Notes: generated by a model from the letters alone, not told the origin. Positions 20,775 to 31,949 are shown, numbered from the stretch's first letter. The stretch: DNA of 64,000 nucleotides from Candidatus Poribacteria bacterium (GCA_965242965.1 OZ251518.1:4864001-4928000); one strand, 5' to 3'. Translations and numbers: made by a program.

Positions 20775-23700
20775 TTACTCCTGCTGCTTGACCTCACCGA
20801 ACGTCGTCAGCATCCGATTCGACGCAGAAACAGGACCCGGCAACAACCGCGTCACTAACGTCGCCGGCTTACCATCAAACGCAACTTCTTCGATCTGATA
20901 ATAATATTCAATACCCGGCTTCGCCGACGTATCGGTAAACGTGTAGGTTTGACGTTCACCCGTCGTGCCGGCACCGGCGATTAAGGCAGGATTCAAGAGC
21001 GTGAAACCGCTATCGCGCTTTTCGCTGCGGCGCAAGTTAAAGCCCGCGTTGTCCACTTCCGACTCGGTTGTCCATGTCAAAACGACAGCACCGGTTTCAT
21101 TGCGCGTCATTGAGAAACTGGATAACTCCACCGGCAAGGCACCGCCTTCACGATGCCCCGGCGTGCCGATGTCATCGGCATGGCCGTAGTGGAGAGACTC
21201 ATCAAACGGCTTGATGCGCGCTGCCAACACCCAACTCGCACGCTTTCGTCCGGGCAGCGCAACACCTTTATCGTAACGCCGAATGATGGAACTCCGCGAA
21301 CCTTCCTCAAAACTCAGCGGTAATGCCCAGGCCGGGGCATCGTCCGAACGCCGATCGCTGTCCCTATTCCCGACTTCGTCGACGAGATTCCCGTTCCTAT
21401 CGGAGAGTTGCAGGTAGAATCCTTCGGTACTCAAGAAGGTATCCCGCGCACGCTTGATGCGCAGATTCTTATCATGCAGGGCCAACAGGTCGTAGACCCT
21501 GTCCGCTGGCAGATACGAATCCGACGAGGCACGCGCCGGGCCCGCGACGATGAGCAACGTTTGATTCGGTTGAATCACTTTCTCTCCTAACGTCAACGTG
21601 ACAATCGGGCGGCCGACTAAATCTTCAGAATCCACGTTCTGAATCTCCAACTCCCAACGGTTGAGATTGATAGCATCCGTTTTGGAGTTGTTGTAGAGTT
21701 CAATCCATTGCGGCAGTGTGCGCCCGCCGGAATCCACCATGATTTCGCTGAAGGTGATGCTGCCTTTCGGCGTGGCAGACCCAGGTTTTACTGCACCATT
21801 CGGATAGCCCGGTGTGCCTGCGGTTGCAGCCGACTCCGAGACCTTCCTATCATAACCGAGTCCTGTGAACGCCGATTCTGCCCAGGCATCTTTATGATAC
21901 CCGACGATATCCGCCTTGGCGCGCTGCCAGACTTTGCCCGAGCCGAGGGCATCTTCGGTGTCACCACCGGGAGCCTGCAACACTTGCAGGGGCCAGACAT
22001 GCGTGTCATAATCGCCTGTCTGCTCACGGACAAACGCATCCGTGTCACTGCCGCCGCCACCGGCGACATCGACGAACGCTTCGTTCAAGCCGCGTTTATC
22101 CTTCGCGTTGCGGAGAATCAAGAGGAATTTTCCATCATCTGGCAGGGACAACCCGGCGTTGACGAGATACAGGTGCGGCGAGCCTTTCTTCTCTACATCA
22201 GCAGTGCTGATGTCATCACCACCGGCAAGAGACGTTTTATCCGGTGACGTATTCACAAGCAGCAACAGCCCGTTTGCTGGCACACTCACATCTTCCACAA
22301 AAGCAATCAGGGACGTATCTTCCTTCTTCCCATCTTGCACGATGCTGAGCTCCCAGTCTTTTAACGAGACTGCATCACCGGTGACATTGCGAAGTTCTAG
22401 CCAGTCATCAGCATCGCCGCTACCGTTGCCGAGTTCGTTGAAAACAACGGGACTGCGAGGCACATCAGAGGTCGGCGACTTCGGATCTGACGTTTCCGGA
22501 AGGTAAATCACCGGCACCACTGGTGTATCCGAGACTACCGGCGAAACTTCACGGCCAGACGTATCTTCCAACGGCGATGGATCTGCCGCCAGCACCGTTT
22601 TTGGCGCAGTGCCAGATGCCGCCGCAGGCTCCGCTGTCCCAACCTGCCGCTCAGACGGTGCAGTCAGTGGTCCTGACAGCAACATCGTCTTGTCCGGGAC
22701 GAGGATCTTGACAGAGGGGACACGCACTGCCTCTGCCACCGTGTCCGTTGCTGCTACCGTATACGCGAATGTCACTTTCGTCGAATTCGTGTCTTCGGCG
22801 CGTTGCCATGTTGCATGCCGGGCATTTGCCGGCACCTCTTCGCCGAGATAAAGCGTCACATACGGCGGGTTTTCCCCTTCATAACGCAGATTCTGCCTGT
22901 CATACGTCACCTCAACCTCAATCTTATCGCCGGCGGTATAGGCACCGGCGGGAGGCGCGACAATCTCCGGCGTTTCCACTACGCGCAACGGATTATCCAC
23001 TGACACCGTCAACACATTCGATGCCAGACTGGCGTTGCCGGCGATATCCTGTGTGGCACCTGCCGGCAATGAGATGGCGACATTCCCCTGAAAACCGAGG
23101 GCAGGCGTAATCGTCGCTTTGTAGACGAGGAACAACGCACTGTTCTTCGCACTACCGGGCGGATAGTGCAATGCATCATAGGTGCGGAGAGGACTAGGAT
23201 CAAACTCACCTGGCCACCTCCGGATATAGTGCTGCCTCTTCCAATCGTTCGCGTTATAATCGCGAAGGGTCTCAGTCCAGTGCCCGGGAGGGGGCCACTG
23301 CTCGCTAGAACGATGATCGAGCCCCACATACGTCAACTCAACCTGCCATGCCTCACGCGTGACACCGGTGCCGGTAATGCTGACATCCGCGGGTTCAAAA
23401 CTCTCACCCACTTCGTCTGCTAGGACAGTCTTTATATGGTAATTGGTGTCAAACCGGTTGAAAAAACGGAATTCCACATCAAACGCCGCTGTCTGCGTTT
23501 CGCTTTCCGTAACATCACGATCGAAATCTGTCACGGGTGCCTCGGTATACGCAGCATCCAAGTTGGCGACTGCATTCCGTTTATCATCGGTGTGCGTTTC
23601 GCCGTTCTTTATCAGCCCAGGAACCCACACTGTCGTCGGGAGGGTATCTACGAGGAAAAGCGGCATTTTAGAGGTCTCATCGCCCAGGCGCGCTCGGACA

Positions 23701-25109
23701 GCTGCATCGCCAGACCAGAGGATGTGGTTGTAATGAAATCGTTCTGCTTTGCCGCCATAAGTCCATCCCTCGGTGTTGGTTTCGCCGATAAAATACGCCA
23801 CCAGCGCGGATTGGGTGTCTACCCCACCGCCAGTGAACCGGTTTCCCGAAGAATCGATTATCCGCCTCGCGTTCGCGTCCCTGTAGTTATGCGCAAAAGC
23901 GGAGTAAAGCTGGAGATCGCTGAATCTGTAGTCTCCCGCCTCCACCGTATACGCAAAGACGAGCGTATTGCTCCCTGAACCGGAATGATAGTCTGCACGT
24001 TTACCGCCGAGCGTGCTGCCACCTAATGCCAGCGTCGGTGGATCTCCAAGGTCCACCGTCACCTCCTCATTAAACTTCACGGAGATATAGATGGTGTCGC
24101 CTTCGCCATAGTAATAGACCTGCCGACTCTCGGCGAGTGCAGGCTTGGAGTAGCCATCTTCGCCCACGTGAGGATAAAGCGACGTGTAATCGTCGCCCCG
24201 TTGAAGATCATGCGCGATGGAGTCAAGGCGAATCTCGTGCAAGCGTGACTTCCCACCCCGGGGGGCGTGAGGTATATCCTCGCCACTACTGTTGACGAAC
24301 CGAACCGGATGGTCCTTCCATGCGGCTAACTCCGGCGCGATAGCCTCTATCTTGGGGTAGTAGATGGTGGTGCCTGCTGGGAGAGTCAGACTGCTAGCAG
24401 AAGTCCAAGAAGAACCCCCAGCCTGATCACCAAGATATCCCGCCTGAAAGGGAGTGTTACCAGGCGTGAACCACTCGCCACCAGAGTCCCGGTCACCAGG
24501 CCTCACCCTATAGAGGTAGAGCATGGTGAATTTGGCAAAGTTGATTTCGCCCTGAGGTAAATTTAACTCTTGATCCGAAAAGTTGTGGTTAAGGTAGTGA
24601 CGCGAGTAAAAATAACTACCATCAGCGGTGTTTTTTATGCCGCCATCACCCCAATCCGCTATATCAAGGCTCGTCCCCCAGTGGACGCGATGCACTGGGC
24701 CTACCCGAATCGCAATCCCGAGGATATCACCCGCGACAAGAGTAGTCGTTTCCGCGTTTGAAGCGTCTATGCGAGTGGCCCCCTCAGGGTTGCCATCGGC
24801 ATCGATTGGAACGTAGCCATCAACTACACCCTCTCTCGCATGAGCGGGAATGGGCGTAGTGTAGCCGCTATCAGGCCAGGCGTAGGCAAAACCCGTTGGT
24901 GGCCAAACACCAGAGTCTGTTTGACGGTGATAGGGACTAGCACCGTTTGACTTAGCCTTAAGCGCGCTCTCCGGAACGTGGTAAATCCGTAGCCATTCAA
25001 TTGAGGGAGCTGCCTCGGCTCCCTTTGGGAGAGCGAGCCCGAAGACAACCCCGGCAAGCATCAGGAAAACGAAGAATCTCGCGTAGGAAAACAGCGATTT
25101 CCTTGTCAT
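20775..25109 (-). CDS. Large secreted protein with Ig-like repeats and two lamin-tail-like domains
   Basis: Signal peptide; SGSGSNTLVFAYTV; VVFNE...DWLELRN; FSEIM...QWIELYN; LPVELSSF; C-terminal MLTTFGEVK; ATG 25109 with GGAGG. Confidence 0.85.
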   Translation of the reverse strand: MTRKSLFSYARFFVFLMLAGVVFGLALPKGAEAAPSIEWLRIYHVPESALKAKSNGASPYHRQTDSGVWPPTGFAYAWPDSGYTTPIPAHAREGVVDGYVPIDADGNPEGATRIDASNAETTTLVAGDILGIAIRVGPVHRVHWGTSLDIADWGDGGIKNTADGSYFYSRHYLNHNFSDQELNLPQGEINFAKFTMLYLYRVRPGDRDSGGEWFTPGNTPFQAGYLGDQAGGSSWTSASSLTLPAGTTIYYPKIEAIAPELAAWKDHPVRFVNSSGEDIPHAPRGGKSRLHEIRLDSIAHDLQRGDDYTSLYPHVGEDGYSKPALAESRQVYYYGEGDTIYISVKFNEEVTVDLGDPPTLALGGSTLGGKRADYHSGSGSNTLVFAYTVEAGDYRFSDLQLYSAFAHNYRDANARRIIDSSGNRFTGGGVDTQSALVAYFIGETNTEGWTYGGKAERFHYNHILWSGDAAVRARLGDETSKMPLFLVDTLPTTVWVPGLIKNGETHTDDKRNAVANLDAAYTEAPVTDFDRDVTESETQTAAFDVEFRFFNRFDTNYHIKTVLADEVGESFEPADVSITGTGVTREAWQVELTYVGLDHRSSEQWPPPGHWTETLRDYNANDWKRQHYIRRWPGEFDPSPLRTYDALHYPPGSAKNSALFLVYKATITPALGFQGNVAISLPAGATQDIAGNASLASNVLTVSVDNPLRVVETPEIVAPPAGAYTAGDKIEVEVTYDRQNLRYEGENPPYVTLYLGEEVPANARHATWQRAEDTNSTKVTFAYTVAATDTVAEAVRVPSVKILVPDKTMLLSGPLTAPSERQVGTAEPAAASGTAPKTVLAADPSPLEDTSGREVSPVVSDTPVVPVIYLPETSDPKSPTSDVPRSPVVFNELGNGSGDADDWLELRNVTGDAVSLKDWELSIVQDGKKEDTSLIAFVEDVSVPANGLLLLVNTSPDKTSLAGGDDISTADVEKKGSPHLYLVNAGLSLPDDGKFLLILRNAKDKRGLNEAFVDVAGGGGSDTDAFVREQTGDYDTHVWPLQVLQAPGGDTEDALGSGKVWQRAKADIVGYHKDAWAESAFTGLGYDRKVSESAATAGTPGYPNGAVKPGSATPKGSITFSEIMVDSGGRTLPQWIELYNNSKTDAINLNRWELEIQNVDSEDLVGRPIVTLTLGEKVIQPNQTLLIVAGPARASSDSYLPADRVYDLLALHDKNLRIKRARDTFLSTEGFYLQLSDRNGNLVDEVGNRDSDRRSDDAPAWALPLSFEEGSRSSIIRRYDKGVALPGRKRASWVLAARIKPFDESLHYGHADDIGTPGHREGGALPVELSSFSMTRNETGAVVLTWTTESEVDNAGFNLRRSEKRDSGFTLLNPALIAGAGTTGERQTYTFTDTSAKPGIEYYYQIEEVAFDGKPATLVTRLLPGPVSASNRMLTTFGEVKQQE

Positions 25110-25855
25110 AATAACATTTCCTCCATGGAAAATAGTGTGAATAGGGGACCTCCGCGCCGAAATAGCGAAAAGTTCCCCCATGATATTAAGAGAGAGAACA
25201 GCGGCGGCACTGCCGTGCTATCCTTTGTTTCGTTGGAAAGGTAGGAGAGACCTCCCGGTCTCGACACTACCGGCACAACTGCCGTGCTGTCCCTTGTTTC
25301 GTTGGAATGCCTCTTCCGAATTGAGAAGGAAGAGGGTCGCGTTCTCGGAGAAAACAGGGTAACCGTGGGCTGGCGCCCACGGTTATCCTGCCCCTTAATA
25401 CCCCTATTGGGGAGTGAATTTTCCCCGGAACAACGCTGGTAGACTTCGGTGTTGCATCGGGTGATGCAACGCGAAAAGCCCCGTGGCAGGCGCGGACTCG
25501 CGAAGGCGAGCGCGTGCCACGAGGCAAAAGAAAATAGGCGCGTGCAAAGCACGCGGGTTTTGGGTTGGGATTCAGATGAGATATTCCCCCAGCTCGCCTT
25601 CCTGCCGAGAATGTCAGAGGTTAACAGCCGTTTAGAAAGGGGGGGGGTAAATCGGGTTAAATGCAGTTTTAATGTCAACGCAAACGGCGAACGTGTTTCG
25701 GACGCGCGGCCGTAGCGGCTGCACCACCGAGGTCAGCGGGCTATGTGCGCGGCTCAGTGTTGCCGCGGGTCTGGAAGCGCGTTGAGAGTTTACGTTTACC
25801 ATTTTTTCCTGAAAATCAGTTTGACGTTGTCATGAATTGCATTTGACTTGTTTTA

Positions 25856-25884
25856 ATTATACCACATTTTTCTGCGTTTGTCAA
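25856..25884 (-). promoter_or_regulatory. Consensus sigma70 promoter for the large secreted protein
   Basis: TTGACA-17 bp-TATAAT on the minus strand. Confidence 0.75.
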
Positions 25885-25974
25885 ATTAAAATGTGATTTT
25901 AATGTTTTTTAACGTTTTTTTTAAGGTTTTGGTTGCAAAAAAACGGTCTTTTTCATCGTATCTCTCTCGATTAC

Positions 25975-26895
25975 CGTAGCGCGAGGGCCTGTCCCTCGCG
26001 TTTTCCCGATTACCGTTCCCGCCAACCGTAGCGCGAGGGCCTGTCCCTCGCGATCGCTCGATCCCCGGAGCATTTTCCCGACTCCCGTAGCGCGCGGGCC
26101 TGTCCCTCGCGAACGTTCATCGCATCCCGGGCACGGCGGGGGACAGGCCCCCGCCCTACGGTGACCGAGCACGGCCGTCTGTAGGTCAAGAGCGCCTGCT
26201 CTTGACCCGATGGCGATCAGGCGATCGCAAACTACAGACGGGGAGCGAGCGGGCCTGTTCCCCGCCATGCATCAAACCGTCCCCCGATTCCCGTAGCGCG
26301 AGGGCCTGTCTCTCGCGAACGCTCGATCCCCGGAGCATTTTCCCGACTCCCGTAGCGCGAGGGCCTGTCCCTCGCGAACGTTCATCACACCACAGGCACG
26401 GCGGGGGACAGGCCCCCGCCCTACGGTGACCGAGCACGGCCGTCTGTAGGTCAAGAGCGCCAGATCTTGACCCGATGGCGATCAGGCGATCGCAAACTAC
26501 AGAAGGGGAACGCGCGGATTTATCCCGCGCGTGCATCAAACCATGCCCCGCTTACCGTAGCGCGAGGGCCTGTCCCTCGCGATCGTTCATCGCAACACAG
26601 GCACGGCGGGGGACAGGCCCCCGCCCTACGGTAAATAGTGGCTCCTTCTGTAGGTCAAGATCGCCAGATCTTGACCCGATGGCGATCAGGCGATCGCAAA
26701 CTACAGAGGGGAGCGCGCGGATTTATCCCGCGCGTGCATCAAACCATGCCCCGATTCCCGTAGCGCGAGGGCCTGTCCCTCGCGATCGCTCGATCCCCGG
26801 AGCATTTTCCCGACTCCCGTAGCGCGAGGGCCTGTCCCTCGCGAACTTTCATCGCACCACAGGCATGGCGGGGGACAGGCCCCCGCCCTACGATA
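25975..26895. repeat. Composite REP region with duplicated multi-REP modules
   Basis: GATCCCCGGAGCATTTTCCCGACTCCCGTAG occurs three times; GTAGGTCAAGA blocks repeated. Confidence 0.9.
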
Positions 26896-26914
26896 ACAAG
26901 GGGGTTCATTCACC

Positions 26915-27847
26915 TCAACGCCCCCGGAGATTCACAAGATAAATCCCCGCCGCCACCAACACCGAACCGACCAACAGACTCAACGTCAATTCATCGCCCA
27001 TCAGCAGATGGCTCAATAACACACCTGCCAGCGGCGTGGCGAAAAAAAGCACCACCAATTTGCTCGCGCTGTAACGTTCTAAAATCGTCGTCCATGCGAG
27101 ATAGCAGGCACCGGCGATAACCCAGCCCTGATAAAAGAGCGCGGCGACTCCCGGCGTAGTCCATTGGTAAGTTGCGCCGCGCTCTAACAGCAGACTCAGT
27201 GCTAAAAAGCACGGCAACCCTAGCGTCAACATCCAAACGAGCAGCCGATACGGATGAATCGACTGGACCATCCGTTTGGTAACGACGACGCGGAGCCCCA
27301 GAAACCCGCCGCTAACCAGCACTATCAGATCCCCGATTAAAGCCGTGCTGGCGAGTATGCCTTCCGATGCAGTAAACCCGGCTTGTAGGTTAGGCGCGAC
27401 CGTGGTGACGACACCGATGAAGGCGACAGTGATGCCGACCGTTTTTGGCACGGTGAGCCGTTCACTCGGTATCCACAAATGCGCGAACAGTGCCGTGAAA
27501 AAGGGATACGCGTTAATGAAAATCGTTGAACGCGACGCAGTTGTGAGGTGCGTGCCAACGTTCAGGGTGATAACCTGCAGCAAAAAAATGGACGCAAGCA
27601 CGAACAGTTTCGGCAATTCACCGCGGCGCGGTTTCACGGAGATGCCACGGTAAAATGCCCAGCCTCCAACGGCGATTAACCCTAATCCGAAGCGGAGGAA
27701 TGCGAGTCCTAACGGGGGGACATCTTGTAGGCTGATTTTGATTGAGAGCGAATTCCCACCCCAGAGGACAGCGAGAACCAGCGAGAGGACGATGATTTTG
27801 CCGGTCGGCTCCTCGCTTCTGATGTAAGGTTGTGCCGTTTTTTTCAT
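26915..27847 (-). CDS. DMT/EamA family transporter
   Basis: About 10 hydrophobic helices; LWGGN, AFLRF, PFFTALFAH, ERL. Confidence 0.9.
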   Translation of the reverse strand: MKKTAQPYIRSEEPTGKIIVLSLVLAVLWGGNSLSIKISLQDVPPLGLAFLRFGLGLIAVGGWAFYRGISVKPRRGELPKLFVLASIFLLQVITLNVGTHLTTASRSTIFINAYPFFTALFAHLWIPSERLTVPKTVGITVAFIGVVTTVAPNLQAGFTASEGILASTALIGDLIVLVSGGFLGLRVVVTKRMVQSIHPYRLLVWMLTLGLPCFLALSLLLERGATYQWTTPGVAALFYQGWVIAGACYLAWTTILERYSASKLVVLFFATPLAGVLLSHLLMGDELTLSLLVGSVLVAAGIYLVNLRGR

Positions 27848-27884
27848 AGTTATTTCGCGTAAATAGGCGATAACGGATCTGAGC

Positions 27885-28225
27885 CCGTAGGGCGGGGGCT
27901 TGTCCCCCGCCGTGCCTGTGTTGCGATGAACGATCGCGAGGGACAGGCCCTCGCGATACGGTGTCTGAGCGGGCTCCCTTTAACCGTAGGGCGGGGGCCT
28001 GTCCCCCGCCATGCAGCGATCGCGAGGGACAGGCCCTCGCGCTACGGTGATGAAAACGGTGCTTGGCCCCTCGCCATTCCCGATGCCTCGCGAGGGACAG
28101 GCCCTCGCGCTACGGTGATGATAACGGTGCTGAGCGCGTCGCCGTCTCCGATGCCTCGCGAGGGACAGGCCCTCGCGCTACGGTAAGCGGGAGATTGCGA
28201 GGGACAGGCCCTCGCCCTACGGTGA
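27885..28225. repeat. REP cluster
   Basis: Repeated GCGAGGGACAGGCCCTCGCGCTAC. Confidence 0.9.
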
Positions 28226-28243
28226 TGAAAACGGCCCTGATGC

Positions 28244-29062
28244 CTAATCGTAAGCACCCGGGCGATGGTTCCCCATCAGCCGTTGTTGGCGTTCGTTTGC
28301 CTGCTCCAGAATGGCTTCATCAAATTGAAACCGGTTTAGATACGGCGGGAATTTCTGGGTTATCATCCGATTCGCGTAATGCACCTGCAACAGATACCGG
28401 TTCTGGTCACTGTGATTCGCTGTGCCTCGGTGCCAGACTTCGCTGCGGAAAATCACCACGTCGCCGGCGTTGCAGAGGATACTCTGCTCCTTCGCACCCT
28501 TCCACTCCGTCTCGCCCTCGGGTCTTCTGCCTGAAAGGTGGCTGCCCGGGACGAACTTCGTCGGCCCCAATTCTTCGTAAAGATTATCGAGGTAGTAGTG
28601 CGCGGTGGTGATGAAAATCGGCACCTTGACCCGTTTATCCTGCAAAACGTCTGCAGGCAGCGGGATAGGCAGCCAATCTGTGTGCAAACCCTGGTCTGGG
28701 CGGCCGGGTCCTGTCACCCACGCGGTCATCCCGATAACGTGGCAATCATCGCCGTGGACTGCCTCTGCCAATTCAATGACAGGCGACATGTCAAGGTAGT
28801 GCAAGAAAACCGGGTCGCGATTGAAGGCGTTGTTGATATGTTTATTAAGAAACCCTTCGCCGTTCTGTGGGACGCTGTGCCGGTCGAAACTTTCGGGGAT
28901 AGCCGTGAGTCTATCCATTGCCGCGCGAAGTTCCGCGAGTTGTTCGGCGTTGATAACCTGCGGCAGGTAAGCGTAGCCGTCCTCTTCCATCGCTGTCACC
29001 TGCTGTTCTAATGCGGTGTAGGCGGTAAGCGGTAAGGCTTGAGACATTGACGTTTCCTCCAT
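28244..29062 (-). CDS. PhyH family dioxygenase
   Basis: LHTD, GPTKFVPGSH, WHRG...R. Confidence 0.88.
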   Translation of the reverse strand: MEETSMSQALPLTAYTALEQQVTAMEEDGYAYLPQVINAEQLAELRAAMDRLTAIPESFDRHSVPQNGEGFLNKHINNAFNRDPVFLHYLDMSPVIELAEAVHGDDCHVIGMTAWVTGPGRPDQGLHTDWLPIPLPADVLQDKRVKVPIFITTAHYYLDNLYEELGPTKFVPGSHLSGRRPEGETEWKGAKEQSILCNAGDVVIFRSEVWHRGTANHSDQNRYLLQVHYANRMITQKFPPYLNRFQFDEAILEQANERQQRLMGNHRPGAYD

Positions 29063-29128
29063 CGTTGCAGGCAGCGTGAGGTGCTGCCTTCTTTTTTAAT
29101 CCAAGCACAAATGAAATCCTATTTATTT

Positions 29129-29750
29129 CAGGGTGTTTCATAAATCGTTCAACGTTGCGGTGACATGCCCCGCGCTATGGGCGGAGAAAACCCCCTTTCA
29201 CCGTAGGGCGAGGGCCTGTCCCTCGCCATGCCTCGCGCACTCCAACGATCGCGGGGGACAGGCCCCCGCGCTATGGGCGGAGAAAATCCCCCTTCACCGT
29301 AGGGCGAGGGCCTGTCCCTCGCCATGCGTTTGGCTGGCAAACTGCATTACCTCTGTAGGTCAGGATCGCCTGATCCTGACCTGTTTGTGATCAGGCGATC
29401 ACAAACTACAGAATGGGAAACACACATCGGGACGATGAATCTCGCGGGGGAAACCCGCTCGCGCACTCCAACGATCGCGGGGGACAGGCCCCCGCGCTAC
29501 GATAAAAAAAACGGTTCTTGAGCCATCGCGGGGGACAGGCCCCCGCGCTACGATAAAAACGCCGCCCCTCACCGTAGGGCGAGGGCCTGTCCCTCGCCAT
29601 CGTTTTGCTGTCAGACCGCCTCACCTCTGTAGGTCAAGATCGCCTGATCTTGACCCGTTCGGGATCAGGCGATCCCGAACTACAAAGGTGGGCCTGATGC
29701 GCGACACCCCCCAGGGGAGAAATACCGAAACGGATTTATGAAACATCCAC
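29129..29750. mobile_element. MITE copy 4 with 8-bp TSD
   Basis: CAGGGTGTTTCATAAATC...AATACCGAAACGGATTTATGAAACATCCAC; ATTTATTT on both flanks. Confidence 0.8.
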
Positions 29751-29876
29751 ATTTATTTTAACAGTTTTGCAAACAGAGGTCAACGTTTTTATTGAAGGTT
29801 ACGTTAAAAAGTGTATCCAAGTAGGTGTTAAAAGTGAAGAGACGAAAACCCGTATGACTACGAGAGGAGTAAAAAA

Positions 29877-30131
29877 ATGAAAAATAGAAACCTGAAACCC
29901 AAGAATGCCGTGAAAAATACGGCTATCCGGGTGCCTGGAGAGGTCGTGGAATCTTTGCCGGGTAACCTGTTCCGTGTGAAGTTGGAAAACGAGTATAAGG
30001 CTGTGGCGTATCTGGCTGGCAAGTTGGTGCGGCACAGAATCTGGGTTCTCCCCGGTGATCAGGTGACGGTGGAACTTTCGCCGTATGACCTGACACGCGG
30101 GCGTATCATCTGGCGGAACCCTGGCGCGTAG
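29877..30131 (+). CDS. infA: Translation initiation factor IF-1 (divergent)
   Basis: GEVVESLPGNLFRVKLEN...LPGDQVTVELSPYDLTRGRIIWR. Confidence 0.9.
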   Translation: MKNRNLKPKNAVKNTAIRVPGEVVESLPGNLFRVKLENEYKAVAYLAGKLVRHRIWVLPGDQVTVELSPYDLTRGRIIWRNPGA

Positions 30132-30187
30132 GGTAAGGCGGCGCGGTTTGCAACCGCGCGATAAACCCGCATCAGACGAGGGACTGC

Positions 30188-31177
30188 ATGGAAGGCATTG
30201 TCATCAAATCGCGGGGCGGCGCATACGAGGTGCAGGTTGGCAAGAACTGCTATACCTGCACACTGCGTCACCACCTCATTGAAGCAGAAAAGCGGCGGCT
30301 TGAGGAGACGAAAGAGATGCCGTTCGTCGAACTCGTCGCCGTCGGCGACCGGGTTCGCGTTTCGGCTTCTACCTCCGCAGCAGATGGGGGTTACATTGAG
30401 GAATGCCTCCCACGCGAAACGCAATTCGGTCGGACGCGCATGGACGGTTGGCGGCAAGTGATTGTCGCCAACCTGGAAATGCTACTCATTATCTTCGCCG
30501 CGCGCCATCCGACGCTGAAATTACGGATGCTTGACCGGTTTCTCGTCACCGCGGAGGCATCGGGAATCGAACCGGTAGTCTGTATCAACAAACTCGATCT
30601 GGCGAAATTGGAGAATGTGCAACGCGAACTGAAATTATATGAAGAATTAGGTTATACGGTGGTTTATACTAGCATCGTGACCGGCTTCGGCGTTGATAAG
30701 TTGCGCGACGTGATGCGGGATAAAATCTCGGCGATTGTCGGTTCATCGGGTGTGGGCAAATCGTCACTGCTCAATGCACTGCAACCGGGACTTCAGTTGC
30801 GCATCGGCGAGGTAGACGAACGTATCCACAAAGGACGGCATACGACGACAGAAGTCATGTTACTGCCGCTAGAATTCGGCGGTTTCGTTGCCGATACGCC
30901 GGGCATCCGCACCCTCGGCTTGTTGGAGATTGACGAGGAACAGGGAGTAGACATCTATTTCCCGGAGATGCGTCCGTATATCCCCGAGTGCAAGTTCGCG
31001 GCGTGCACGCACCAGCACGAACCGGCGTGCGCCGTCAAACATGCCGTTGAAACCGGTGACATCGCGGCGATGCGATATGAGAGTTATCTCCGCATCTCTG
31101 GATTTAAGGAGGGAAGATATGAACGAACCTCAGAACGAAAACGGGCATTCCGAAAAGAGCGGCGACGAATACGCTGA
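30188..31177 (+). CDS. rsgA: Ribosome small subunit-dependent GTPase A
   Basis: NKLD, GSSGVGKSS, GRHTTT, DTPG, CKFAACTHQHEPAC. Confidence 0.95.
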   Translation: MEGIVIKSRGGAYEVQVGKNCYTCTLRHHLIEAEKRRLEETKEMPFVELVAVGDRVRVSASTSAADGGYIEECLPRETQFGRTRMDGWRQVIVANLEMLLIIFAARHPTLKLRMLDRFLVTAEASGIEPVVCINKLDLAKLENVQRELKLYEELGYTVVYTSIVTGFGVDKLRDVMRDKISAIVGSSGVGKSSLLNALQPGLQLRIGEVDERIHKGRHTTTEVMLLPLEFGGFVADTPGIRTLGLLEIDEEQGVDIYFPEMRPYIPECKFAACTHQHEPACAVKHAVETGDIAAMRYESYLRISGFKEGRYERTSERKRAFRKERRRIR

Positions 31178-31949
31178 GGTGAAGAAGTGGGATGCAGCCG
31201 TTCAGAACATGCATCGCTTCATCGAAAGAAGCGAGCGGAAACTCGTCTATTTTCAAAATCGGGTGAAAAGAGCGCAGTATATGGAGCGGCCGAATCAGCG
31301 GAAAATCCGCGCCGCGAGCGCGCAAATCGGCGTGCATGCCGCACAATTGGAGAGCCTGCGCAGTGAATTGCGAGAATTAGAACGCCGCCGGGACGGCGGC
31401 ATCCGGCTCCTTCCCACCGAACAAAGCGAACTCCGACGCATTTGGAATTGGATTAACCGCCCGGGACTCCGCGAAATCTTATACCCAACGCGCGTGCCGT
31501 TTGATACGTTTTTGGAAGACTGGCACCGCTGGATAACTGAAGGACGCACTCACGCCTACTCAATCCATGTCCGCCGGACAAAAGTCCTCATCGGGTTTCT
31601 GCTGCTCTGTCAGGAGGGAGATACCGCCGTTGTGGAACTTGTTGTTATTCGGCCAGATTACCGTGCCCGCGGCTACGGCACCGACGTGATGCGTGACGCG
31701 GTCCGCTTGGCGTTTGAAGAATTGCACGCGACGCACCTCACGGTGGAGGTGCCTGCGGACAACGATGCCGCGCTCACTAGTTTTGAGAAGACGGGGCTCC
31801 GCTACCTCAGTTACACTGATGAGGCTGTCCCGCGCTTTACGATGGGCATTGACAGGGGTGAGTGGGAGAGCGGTGTCTCTCCAGACCAGGGTGCGCCGCC
31901 GCCACGTCTCACCGCGCCTCTTCAGGAATTGATGGATTTGGGGTTGTAA
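31119..31949 (+). CDS. GNAT acetyltransferase with N-terminal coiled-coil
   Basis: IRPDYRARGYGT and NDAALTSFEKTG; ATG 31119 after AGGAGG. Confidence 0.75.
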   Translation: MNEPQNENGHSEKSGDEYAEVKKWDAAVQNMHRFIERSERKLVYFQNRVKRAQYMERPNQRKIRAASAQIGVHAAQLESLRSELRELERRRDGGIRLLPTEQSELRRIWNWINRPGLREILYPTRVPFDTFLEDWHRWITEGRTHAYSIHVRRTKVLIGFLLLCQEGDTAVVELVVIRPDYRARGYGTDVMRDAVRLAFEELHATHLTVEVPADNDAALTSFEKTGLRYLSYTDEAVPRFTMGIDRGEWESGVSPDQGAPPPRLTAPLQELMDLGL

